A DNA stretch of 32,943 nt from a virus (Duplodnaviria; Caudoviricetes). Below the pieces are notes generated by a model. That model was not told the DNA's origin. It searched no databases and saw nothing but the letters and a program-made list of their open reading frames with translations. Positions within the stretch are counted from its first letter, which is position 1. Every line of letters begins with the position of its first letter. Location: IMG/VR virus record IMGVR_UViG_3300033153_005598, positions 1 through 32,943 of that record; one strand, given 5' to 3'. Made by a program: the position numbers and the translations under genes. Of this stretch, positions 16,575-25,166 are shown one piece after another.

Positions 16575-17525
16575 TTATCGCCTACCCCTTCCCGGAGTTT
16601 GCACCCCTTCCCGTGCTGTTTCTGCCAGTGTTTGAGTATATTTATCTATAATATCCATAATCTGGGGTGCTATCTCGGCAAGTTTCATACGTTCGTCGGG
16701 AGTAAGACCACCCTTCATATAATCGTTGAAAGCATCTATCACATATCGTTCGTTTATATTCATCCCTGGATAATATTTGATCTTATTTCGGTTACGAAGA
16801 AGCTCATCAATGGGATCTTGTCTATAAGTGGGTTCGGAAACAGGCGTTTCTACAATGGCTTCTCCTTGTTCCTCGGTTATTTCTTGAGCGGCTACGCGGA
16901 TTGAATTGATATAGGCATCAATTTTATCTTCCGTGACATTGGGATGCATTACCCTCATATATTCCCTAAATTGCGCCCACCCCTCATCGGGGATGTCGTA
17001 TCCTATAACGTCGCCTAGCTCGTCTTTAATGAACCAACCGGGGCTTTGCGCCGAAGCTTTTTCTAACCAGCTTTCAAATCCCCTGTCAAATGCTTCTTGT
17101 AATTCCTGTCCGCCAGCGTAAATATTTTGTTCGGCTCTGCTTGCCTTTGCGCGTCGCTCCAGGGAAGGAAGTTCGTGCTCTATTGTAAATCGTCTCGCTT
17201 TTTTTTCTTCTTCGCTCTCCCATTTGCGTTCTTTGGCACTCTCTTTGGTTTCAAACCTCTCTCTGCCCCAACGCTCACTCGTTCCCCAACGACGCTCTTT
17301 CTCCGCTTCGCTCATTTGCCAATCCCGCTCTTTCTTAGCCTCGCCGGCCTTCCATTTGCGCCCACCTAGCTCCATAAATATGTTAGCCAAATCTTGGGAA
17401 GCCCGCTGTCTGCGATCTTTTTCGGCTTGGCGGATATCGGCGATTTTCCCCGCTTGCCGACCAATATTCCCGGTAATGTCAGCAATATTGCGCCGCCTAG
17501 CTATATTTGCTTCTAACCAACCCAT
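16575..17525 (-). CDS. probable internal virion protein
   Basis: Charged 11-aa E-x-E/K-x-x-R-x-W repeats; position in the ejection-protein cluster. Confidence 0.6.
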   Translation of the reverse strand: MGWLEANIARRRNIADITGNIGRQAGKIADIRQAEKDRRQRASQDLANIFMELGGRKWKAGEAKKERDWQMSEAEKERRWGTSERWGRERFETKESAKERKWESEEEKKARRFTIEHELPSLERRAKASRAEQNIYAGGQELQEAFDRGFESWLEKASAQSPGWFIKDELGDVIGYDIPDEGWAQFREYMRVMHPNVTEDKIDAYINSIRVAAQEITEEQGEAIVETPVSEPTYRQDPIDELLRNRNKIKYYPGMNINERYVIDAFNDYMKGGLTPDERMKLAEIAPQIMDIIDKYTQTLAETAREGVQTPGRGRR

Positions 17526-17541
17526 ATTATCCTCCCCAAAC

Positions 17542-18774
17542 CTATATTATTATCCCAATCACTGTTGCTGTTATAATGGCTATGTTCTTCAAAAAATCCC
17601 AAAAGCCTCCTCCATCTTCTTCTAATGTTTGTCCCGCCAGCCAGGCGTTATAACTTTGAAGGTCCATTTCAAACTTGTCTAAAGCAGGAGTCACATATGC
17701 TTCATAAGCTTCTGCGGCCATCTCCATAGTATGAGCATCAAAACCCATATCAGCCATAATTGAGTTATACATTTGCTGAGAATGTTGTTTGTACAGATCA
17801 ATATATTGACTGTTCTGCTGAGCCAAGGTGTCTAATTGTTGAGCATATCCTTGCAGGGCTCCCATTCTGTTATTCACAAGCATATCTGCATATTGTCCTG
17901 CCGCTCGGGTACCTGCGGCAACCATCCCTTCATAACGACCTTGCAAGGCTTGAAACTCTACCTGAGATCGTAAGAGGTTGCCTTCCATGTATTTCAATTT
18001 GCCCTGAACATACATGTCTGCAATTTGACTTGAGATTTCATCAGCTTTGTAAAAAGCCGCAGAATGACGACCAGAAGCCTGTAAAGCTTCCATCATCTTC
18101 ATGTTCTCTTCCCGCACCATTCGTACATCATTGGATAATGCTATGCGCTGATCTTCGGTGAGTTGACCTGAAAAATCTATTTGGGTTAGGCGCTGGTTAA
18201 GTCCAGAAAGAGCATCGGTCATTTCCTGTTGAGTACCGAATCCAAGGGCCTGAGCTGCATATTGCCCGCCCGCTCCTATATCCTGCTGCATCCGATTCGG
18301 ATCTTGCCACTGCTGAATCAAGCTCGTTAATCCCTGATAAGGTTGGCTCTGTTCAAGATCCTGGTAATTATATCCTTGTTGTGCCCACCATTCTTGTGGA
18401 TTTTCGGTACGTAATCTATAAAGATTATACGCTTCAGGATATACTTTCCCAACTTGCCAATCCCCCTCTCCCTCTTTGTACATTTGAGCTAAGGGGGTTC
18501 CAGCATATACCCCATAATCAAAATCGGCTTGCCCCTCAGGATTTAAAATGCTAGCATATTGATCCCACCAATTCCCTTCCTGGCCTGTTTGGGCCCACCA
18601 ATCAGCTAATTGTTGACCCGTCCAGGTCTCGTAAGTTCGTTCCGGGGGGGCGTAATCTTCCCATTGGGGTGCTTCTGGTTCTTCAGAAGGATCTCCCCAT
18701 ATACTTTTCCCTAGGTCTTTTTCTATGTCTCCGTCGCCTCTTATCCAATCCAACCAATCTTTAAACCAACCCAT
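17542..18774 (-). CDS. probable internal virion/pilot protein
   Basis: Q/A-rich helical body with hydrophobic C-terminus (FWDFLKNIAIITATVIGIII); follows the nozzle. Confidence 0.6.
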   Translation of the reverse strand: MGWFKDWLDWIRGDGDIEKDLGKSIWGDPSEEPEAPQWEDYAPPERTYETWTGQQLADWWAQTGQEGNWWDQYASILNPEGQADFDYGVYAGTPLAQMYKEGEGDWQVGKVYPEAYNLYRLRTENPQEWWAQQGYNYQDLEQSQPYQGLTSLIQQWQDPNRMQQDIGAGGQYAAQALGFGTQQEMTDALSGLNQRLTQIDFSGQLTEDQRIALSNDVRMVREENMKMMEALQASGRHSAAFYKADEISSQIADMYVQGKLKYMEGNLLRSQVEFQALQGRYEGMVAAGTRAAGQYADMLVNNRMGALQGYAQQLDTLAQQNSQYIDLYKQHSQQMYNSIMADMGFDAHTMEMAAEAYEAYVTPALDKFEMDLQSYNAWLAGQTLEEDGGGFWDFLKNIAIITATVIGIII

Positions 18775-20696
18775 TAATATCTCCTTAACTCATAGTCCAG
18801 CGCAAATCCAGCTACCTTGGCGGCGCCTAGCTGATTGTGCTGAATCTTGAATCCTATTGCTTTTCCATCTAGTTCGTAAGGCACAGATACATCCGTAGAC
18901 CACCATCCTGAACCAACCGCTGCGGTCATGGTTGTAACCGCACTTGAGGTTCCATCCTGCCCATATACTGTTAATACGTAGGCGGCCCCAGTCGTACTTG
19001 CTACCTCTCCAACTTTGGGTTTTACCCTCCCAAAATGTTTAATCTTTTCAAAGTTTCCCATGGAATAATAAGGAGTCTGCACTTGCATGTCTATTGCTAC
19101 AGTACTTGAAACGCTGTCATCTGTGCCGTTATCACATCGCTGTAACATTGGGGAGCCAAAATTAGCAGCAGCGACTAAATATCCGGTATCACCGGCCCCA
19201 CCGTGATAGGCAAAAATATCCGCCCTGTAATTATCGAACTTCCAAAAACTTACCCTTCCATCACCCATATCGTCCTCGCGGAAAGTATCCGGGTCAAAGA
19301 TCAGCGTTGTCGAGTTGGAAGGAAAAGACATATATACCCAACCCTTATATATGATCGAAGCCACGTTAGAGGTTACCCAAGAATCTATATCGGATTGGAT
19401 ATGCTTACTTATCTTTAGGCGTTGGGCACCGTCCCACCGATAAATTCCGTCCCGGTCCATCATAAATAAGTCTCGATCTCTTACGACAACAGACCTTCCG
19501 CTCACCGTTCCGCCATCTACAAGGTATTTTTGATAAAAGTTAGCGAAAGAGTTTCCAAACAACCCATGAATCCCCCCATCTTTCACCGCCGCCAAATATT
19601 CGCCATGAGAAACTAGGGCCTTAATCTCGCGCCCTCCTTCTTCAAAATAGTACACATCTCCTGCCCGCCAATTGCTAGCAGAATGATAGGGTGAATGATT
19701 CAGCGTATTCTCAAATCCCAAAAAGTAATGATTTTTGTGCACCTTGACCGTTTTAGGTCTTTCGTCATCGAAAATCTGTGTCAAATATTGTGTATGTTTG
19801 ACTGTCAAATAATCACACACCGCCGTTGTCGAGGGGGCTGTAGTGAAGTACATCCTGAACACATATCTATTGTCAAGCTGGTCGATACTCAAATCCGAAT
19901 CTGCCACCGTCCAGTCTGTAGGATAATTCCATTCAACCGTCAAAGTTCCGGTAGCCGCCCCCAAGGCCAGACTCGTGACCATGCTACAGGTCCCCCAGGT
20001 GTCACTACCCTTGTAGTATTCATAGTTGAGCGCCAAATCAGAAGCCAGAGTATCTACTTCCGTGAATTCTATTTTATTAAATGTATAATCACAAGCAACC
20101 CATATACCATCGCTTGCGGTTGCCTGATTTAAATCAAAGTCATCAGTTCCTTCATCCCGGGCGTCTGTTGAGTCATCAATATATAAACTTGCAACATCCG
20201 ATCCGCTTTTGTCAAAATATCCCGCAAACCAATTCGTTGTGGCCCGTACTCTTGTGTCGTGTATTTCTAGATCATCTATGATCCAACCAGATCCATCATG
20301 GTACAGAAAAGCTGGTTTATCTACACCGTTAACCGCAATCACTTCCCCGCCTATTGCGTCCATCTCCACCTTGTTACCTGTTGTCCAGGTATACGAGGAA
20401 TCAATTGCGCTTACTCCTGTACCGGTAGAAGAATAGAACCCCACGGTAGACCCATCATCAACAGCCAAAATGGTCAACCAGGAAGTTGTTGTCGGTACAT
20501 AGCATCGGAAATATCCTTGTATCACGTCCGAGGCGGCCCAGGAATTGGTAGCATACATCCCTATCCCGTTGCGCTTTTCTAGAGTAGTATCCCAATAACA
20601 ATTTAAAGCGGTCAATAATTCATTTGGCTTGAGATGTTCGGAGGGTACGTTTGTGAAATACCCACCCCGAAAATCATCAATCGCTATAGTTCTCAT
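18774..20696 (-). CDS. tail nozzle / stabilisation protein (P22 gp10 / T7 gp12-like)
   Basis: N-terminal DDFRGG...LNC...LEKRNG; beta-propeller-like body; KISKHI; follows the adaptor. Confidence 0.7.
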   Translation of the reverse strand: MRTIAIDDFRGGYFTNVPSEHLKPNELLTALNCYWDTTLEKRNGIGMYATNSWAASDVIQGYFRCYVPTTTSWLTILAVDDGSTVGFYSSTGTGVSAIDSSYTWTTGNKVEMDAIGGEVIAVNGVDKPAFLYHDGSGWIIDDLEIHDTRVRATTNWFAGYFDKSGSDVASLYIDDSTDARDEGTDDFDLNQATASDGIWVACDYTFNKIEFTEVDTLASDLALNYEYYKGSDTWGTCSMVTSLALGAATGTLTVEWNYPTDWTVADSDLSIDQLDNRYVFRMYFTTAPSTTAVCDYLTVKHTQYLTQIFDDERPKTVKVHKNHYFLGFENTLNHSPYHSASNWRAGDVYYFEEGGREIKALVSHGEYLAAVKDGGIHGLFGNSFANFYQKYLVDGGTVSGRSVVVRDRDLFMMDRDGIYRWDGAQRLKISKHIQSDIDSWVTSNVASIIYKGWVYMSFPSNSTTLIFDPDTFREDDMGDGRVSFWKFDNYRADIFAYHGGAGDTGYLVAAANFGSPMLQRCDNGTDDSVSSTVAIDMQVQTPYYSMGNFEKIKHFGRVKPKVGEVASTTGAAYVLTVYGQDGTSSAVTTMTAAVGSGWWSTDVSVPYELDGKAIGFKIQHNQLGAAKVAGFALDYELRRY

Positions 20697-21658
20697 TAGT
20701 CCTCACTAGAAAACGTTACTTTGGGTACCAAAACAGGCTCGTGTCTCGGGAACATAGCCGGGTTTTGGTTATTATACAATCGGTTGTATTTTCGCACCTG
20801 GTCAAGATATCTTGAATACAGACGTTGTGCCCTTAGCTCTTCAAAGTTCATCTCTGCCTGTAGGGATGCTGCAAAATACAAGGGCATTAGCTGGTGCTCT
20901 GTATCGATGGTCATATCTACACTGCCTTGTGTTGCCGCATCCACCCAATCGGTGGGATAGTATTTATAAAAGATATGTAGACTTTTTTGGCTTCCGGGGG
21001 CTGGATATAGGCGTAGTCTCTTGCCATATACATGATATTGAATGGGCGTTCCCGTATATTCCGGAGAAACAAACAGCCCGAAGGGGGCAGGAGAAAGAGC
21101 GTTGTCGTCCCATTCAACCCGATACATCTGCAAGAAATTGTCAGGCAGCGAAACCTCAACCGCACAATCCAGGGGAAAAGACCCCGTACAGGTAGGTGCG
21201 GTGAAAGAAGCCGCACCCCCGAGAATGAGATTAAGGGCGTCAATATGCGTCGGAGCGGTAGGTTCCGCAAACACCGCCGAGCTTACCGTTGCCTCGAATG
21301 TTAAGGTGAAATACCAGCTCGCCGAGGCCCAGGAGATCGTACAAGTAGCGGCTTGAGCGGTTAGTGCGGTTGTAAGCTGTGTTGCCACCGTACCGGCCGT
21401 TGCGTTGATGTAATCCATGGTCGTAATCACCACATCGGTAGCCGTGCCACCGTTCAGCGCCAAAGAGAAAGCAAAGTCTGTCTGAAGATCAAACAAGGGC
21501 GTGATAGTCAGATAGTCTTCGGTTATCATACCATAGGCGTCTTTGGCGAACTCACGCTGTCCTTCGTTAATAAGCTGCATGATAGCAGTATCACTGGCAC
21601 CGCTTGAGTTTGTACGTGATAGTTCTCGCACCTTGGTAATTGCTTGAGATAAAGTCAT
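20696..21658 (-). CDS. head-tail adaptor protein with inserted domain
   Basis: MTLSQAITKVR...LINEGQREF and LPDNFL...LRLYPAP...Y motifs. Confidence 0.7.
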   Translation of the reverse strand: MTLSQAITKVRELSRTNSSGASDTAIMQLINEGQREFAKDAYGMITEDYLTITPLFDLQTDFAFSLALNGGTATDVVITTMDYINATAGTVATQLTTALTAQAATCTISWASASWYFTLTFEATVSSAVFAEPTAPTHIDALNLILGGAASFTAPTCTGSFPLDCAVEVSLPDNFLQMYRVEWDDNALSPAPFGLFVSPEYTGTPIQYHVYGKRLRLYPAPGSQKSLHIFYKYYPTDWVDAATQGSVDMTIDTEHQLMPLYFAASLQAEMNFEELRAQRLYSRYLDQVRKYNRLYNNQNPAMFPRHEPVLVPKVTFSSED

Positions 21659-21678
21659 TATTTACCTACTCTAAAATA

Positions 21679-21702
21679 GTTAGGCGCCCGAGGACGCCTA
21701 AC
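21679..21702 (-). terminator. hairpin built from two opposed TTAGGCG motifs; probable terminator
   Basis: Minus strand GTTAGGCGTC-CTCG-GGCGCCTAAC followed by TATTTT. Confidence 0.65.
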
Positions 21703-21704
21703 CT

Positions 21705-22034
21705 TTAATATCCCGTATATCCCGTAAATCCAAATAGCGCATAATGCGTGGCATCTATTATTGCATATAGGGTTGCGCCTGAGTCAATCTTGAGCCCTCT
21801 ATCACCAAAATTGATGTTCTGCAACCCTATGGCCGTTGCATCAACAGACCATATCACCGTTGTCGAAGATCCGGCACAGATATTGATCTTTTTACCCGTT
21901 GTGATGCCGCACACATTCACAAACCCATAGCACAGGTATACACAATCGCTTCCCGGAGGGTTCATTAGAGTAGTAGTTCCCGTGGTCGTAAGAGCCCCGT
22001 ACGTAGCCCAATACGCCTGATTGCTAATACTCAT
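21705..22034 (-). CDS. small virion-associated protein
   Basis: Beta-rich T/G-rich ORF in the head gene cluster. Confidence 0.6.
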   Translation of the reverse strand: MSISNQAYWATYGALTTTGTTTLMNPPGSDCVYLCYGFVNVCGITTGKKINICAGSSTTVIWSVDATAIGLQNINFGDRGLKIDSGATLYAIIDATHYALFGFTGYTGY

Positions 22035-22382
22035 TTAGAATCCCCATGCAAAGAATGTTACCGCAGATACTGTTGCCATCGAGGTATCAGTCGGTACTTC
22101 GGTCATCGGTTCCGCCACGGTCATAGTGGCAGATGCATCCAACTGACCGATATAATAAGCTTTCAGCTTACCACTTACATACCGAAAGGTGTATCCGTTG
22201 GCGGGTTCGGCAAGCACTCCTTTTACGGAAGCTAACTGCGGGATAGTGAACGTCGCCCCCCCATCGGGATAGGTCGCCGCATAATCAAAAGAACCGTACA
22301 CGATTTTAAGGTTTTGGCCTGCGTGAGAGTTCAAATCATACGCATTAAACGCATATCCGTCTGGTACTACTGTTGCTGCCAT
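22035..22382 (-). CDS. small virion-associated protein
   Basis: YPDGG...GYTFRY...KLKAY...FFAWG; GGAGG RBS. Confidence 0.65.
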   Translation of the reverse strand: MAATVVPDGYAFNAYDLNSHAGQNLKIVYGSFDYAATYPDGGATFTIPQLASVKGVLAEPANGYTFRYVSGKLKAYYIGQLDASATMTVAEPMTEVPTDTSMATVSAVTFFAWGF

Positions 22383-22403
22383 GTTCTTTCCTCCATTTTA
22401 TAA

Positions 22404-22428
22404 TTAGGCGCCCAGGGGGGGCGCCTAA
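22404..22428. promoter_or_regulatory. intergenic inverted repeat of two TTAGGCGCCC arms
   Basis: TTAGGCGCCC-aGGGG-GGGCGCCTAA, perfect 10-bp stem; no clear U-tract. Confidence 0.6.
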
Positions 22429-22431
22429 CTC

Positions 22432-22884
22432 TTAGTCTGCACCGTCAATGCGGACCGGGAAGAGAAGAATGTCATAGGTAGCTGTCGAGCCCGTGGTCTG
22501 GAATACTCCAAACTCGTTGTCGCCTCCCGCCGGGGCTGCTCCCGCTGTCACAATCGCATCTGAAGCGAGTTTAACCGCATGTCCTACCGTGCCCGTGGTT
22601 GTGGTGATAACGGCATCAGAGCAGTAACCGCCAATCTGGAACCACCCATAGTCGCCAGACGAATAGGTTGATTTTGCAATACCAACGTACTGTAACATCT
22701 GCACATCGCTGGTATCGGCAACCGCTGTAGCGGTCCAACCATATTGCCCGAACATAACCGCATAGGCATTCTTCTTGGTGGCGCCGGCCGTTGCGTAAGC
22801 ATATAGCCATACGCTACCATCACCGTCGTATTTGGGCTGTAGGGAACCGACACTCCCTCTTTTTCTATCCTGTAACCAAGCCAT
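22432..22884 (-). CDS. capsid decoration/cement protein
   Basis: Directly after the major capsid gene; GIA....SGDYGWFQIGG motif. Confidence 0.65.
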   Translation of the reverse strand: MAWLQDRKRGSVGSLQPKYDGDGSVWLYAYATAGATKKNAYAVMFGQYGWTATAVADTSDVQMLQYVGIAKSTYSSGDYGWFQIGGYCSDAVITTTTGTVGHAVKLASDAIVTAGAAPAGGDNEFGVFQTTGSTATYDILLFPVRIDGAD

Positions 22885-22895
22885 GCTACACCTCC

Positions 22896-23840
22896 TTAAC
22901 TAGCGTAATTCAACGCCGTAAACTTCCCAGAAGTTCGGCGCATCTTACACGCGAGGTTCAGGGCTACCGTCATAACACGAGCCATCGCGTTCGGAAACCC
23001 GGCCTGTTCCAGTTCAAACCAATCCTTCAGCTTGAAGTTAAAGTCCGGATGGACCCAAAACTCGTACTGATTGATATCCAAACCGTACCATGCACTCGTG
23101 GGAGTGAATGAATCCGGTGTAATTGTTGCACCCAGAAATTTACAGTTATCAAATCCCGCTTCTGCCAGGGTGTTGTCTTTGTAGACCTTCTGCCCCTCAA
23201 ACAGAGACATGAACTTGCTGTAGAGATCACGGGTGGTGATGTGAAAGTCCGGTCTGTTTTTGCCGAATGTGCAGTCGTTTATCATCTTGGAAATGCTGGT
23301 AGAACCATAAAGAGACAGAACCGTAGCGGTCGCGTCATTGAATGGAGAGTACCAGGTAGAGGCATCCCCGTCGTCGAGTCCGGCATATGTTCCGGTTCCC
23401 ACAATAGTAGAAAGCGTTTCAATACCTTTCCCATTCGGGTTCGAAGTCCACAGGTCCGTGGCGAATCTGTAGAAAATGTCCTCTTTCATTTCAACTGCCT
23501 TGTTGGCCAACAGATCAACAACCTTTTGTTTGCCGGAGTTCTTAACACGTTCATCCCAAGAAATTAAAGCCTGAGCATAATAATACACCCAGTCCAACTC
23601 GGGAGAAGTGCGAGTCTCCAACTGTTCGTAGCTAAGCTGTTCCCGTGCACCAACCGCATCGGCCTTGTCCAATCTCTTGTATCGAATGGGCCAACGCAAT
23701 TTTGTTCCGCCCTTAACCTTTACCAAGTTATTTTGCTTCATCTTCGTCCACAGGGCATGATCGTCATACGCCTGTTGGGTCAGGGGGGTATCATAATAAT
23801 ACCGGGATACAGCATTCGCTTCCTCTATGGAAAGAGCCAT
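22896..23840 (-). CDS. major capsid protein (HK97 fold, inferred)
   Basis: 314 aa after the scaffold; GGTKLRWPI, NSGKQKVVDLL, GTYAGLD, PDFHITT and AEAGFDN motifs. Confidence 0.85.
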   Translation of the reverse strand: MALSIEEANAVSRYYYDTPLTQQAYDDHALWTKMKQNNLVKVKGGTKLRWPIRYKRLDKADAVGAREQLSYEQLETRTSPELDWVYYYAQALISWDERVKNSGKQKVVDLLANKAVEMKEDIFYRFATDLWTSNPNGKGIETLSTIVGTGTYAGLDDGDASTWYSPFNDATATVLSLYGSTSISKMINDCTFGKNRPDFHITTRDLYSKFMSLFEGQKVYKDNTLAEAGFDNCKFLGATITPDSFTPTSAWYGLDINQYEFWVHPDFNFKLKDWFELEQAGFPNAMARVMTVALNLACKMRRTSGKFTALNYAS

Positions 23841-23843
23841 CTG

Positions 23844-24629
23844 TTATCCTCCTTGAGCATCTCTTAGAGCTGCCAACCTCCCTTCCTCAATAGATTTGAA
23901 CTTTGTTTCAGAAGGTGGCGCACCCTTGGGCGAGGTCGTTTTTACCCCACCCTTTTGTTTTAGTTTGTCTGTTATTTTTCTCTCCACTTCCAGGGGTGAT
24001 TTCTCACCTCTTTCGGCGTGATATAACAGACGGGCAAGGACCTCGAAATCAGCATCGCGCAAACTGGCAAGTCGTTCTTCAATCGTCTGGGGGTTGAAAT
24101 CAGGTAATTCTTGTGCAAGCCGGGAAAAAACATCGCCTTTTTCCCGCTCGATTTCCTGTTGTTTCTTCCACTCTTCAAACTCTTGAAGTTTCTTTTCGAT
24201 CTCGCCTGTTTTGTCGTTCACCAAACTTTCCGCCCTTTGATACGCAACTTCGGGAGATGGAGGTTGGTTCAACATCCGCTGCAAGGTTTGATATGCATCG
24301 GGCCGTGATTTCAGGAAATTGTCATAATGTTCATATTCCTTAACCTTGGCCTGAAACTCCTTTTCACGGTTCTCAATCTCCTTCATCTTTTGGTCATACT
24401 GTTTGCGTAGCTGGGCGACGCTCTGGGTTTTCCGGGTGTAGTCATCTTGGCGCAGATAACTATCCTTCCAGGCTTTTTCAAGTTCCTCTTTTGTTTTGAA
24501 CTCCTGATCCCCTAATTTGAGGGGAGTCCATGTGTTCGTTTGCCCTCCCATGGGGGGCACGGCTTGTCCCACTTCGGGGGCCGGTGCAGCTTGTCCCGGA
24601 TCGGGGGCTACTACTTGTTCGTCAGCCAT
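23844..24629 (-). CDS. capsid scaffolding protein
   Basis: YLRQDDYTRKTQ motif and coiled coil, upstream of the capsid gene. Confidence 0.8.
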   Translation of the reverse strand: MADEQVVAPDPGQAAPAPEVGQAVPPMGGQTNTWTPLKLGDQEFKTKEELEKAWKDSYLRQDDYTRKTQSVAQLRKQYDQKMKEIENREKEFQAKVKEYEHYDNFLKSRPDAYQTLQRMLNQPPSPEVAYQRAESLVNDKTGEIEKKLQEFEEWKKQQEIEREKGDVFSRLAQELPDFNPQTIEERLASLRDADFEVLARLLYHAERGEKSPLEVERKITDKLKQKGGVKTTSPKGAPPSETKFKSIEEGRLAALRDAQGG

Positions 24630-24639
24630 TTAAGGCTCC

Positions 24640-24981
24640 TTATATGTTTTTTAAAAGACCACTCATCCCAGGCGTCGGGGGGGCTACGCCACCTCCGGGT
24701 GCCTGCGGTAGTTGTCCTCGGGGTGGGCCGCCCATGGGGGGGCCTCCCGCAGGGCTACCGGCAATAGCCTTCATTTTGTTTAGAGGATCACCTTTTTGCA
24801 TCTGATCTTTCGCCAAATCAACCAGTTGCGTTATCGGGCCCTCTACATCCACACCCAACTTTGCGAAATATTCTCTCACCGTCATGTTGGCACTGATTTC
24901 CCCTTCTTGTTTCATCATTGCCATATCTGTAGGATTGAAAATAGATCGGTTCTGTTTCAGTGTGTTCATTGCATCACTCAC
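24640..24981 (-). CDS. hypothetical protein with Pro/Gly-rich tail
   Basis: GTG after GGAGGT; between portal and scaffold. Confidence 0.65.
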   Translation of the reverse strand: MSDAMNTLKQNRSIFNPTDMAMMKQEGEISANMTVREYFAKLGVDVEGPITQLVDLAKDQMQKGDPLNKMKAIAGSPAGGPPMGGPPRGQLPQAPGGGVAPPTPGMSGLLKNI

Positions 24982-25166
24982 TTGATACCTCCCGGCTGTA
25001 GTACTAGATTAATATAGCAATTACAAATTGCCATAGTGTTAAAAGATTTATGCACCATCATTGTTGTAATTAACTATGATAAATACAATTAAATTTTAAT
25101 ATGTTAATTATCCCATGAAACCATTTGCAAAAAATGGATTTGCTTTCAGTATGTCCATTGCATTAC

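Noticed and set aside
21679-22430. Integron attC sites (GTTAGGC matches the GTTRRRY core)
   Set aside because: The arms are in the reverse order to attC (which runs RYYYAAC...GTTRRRY), the elements are far too short, most motif copies are unpaired inside genes, and no integrase is present
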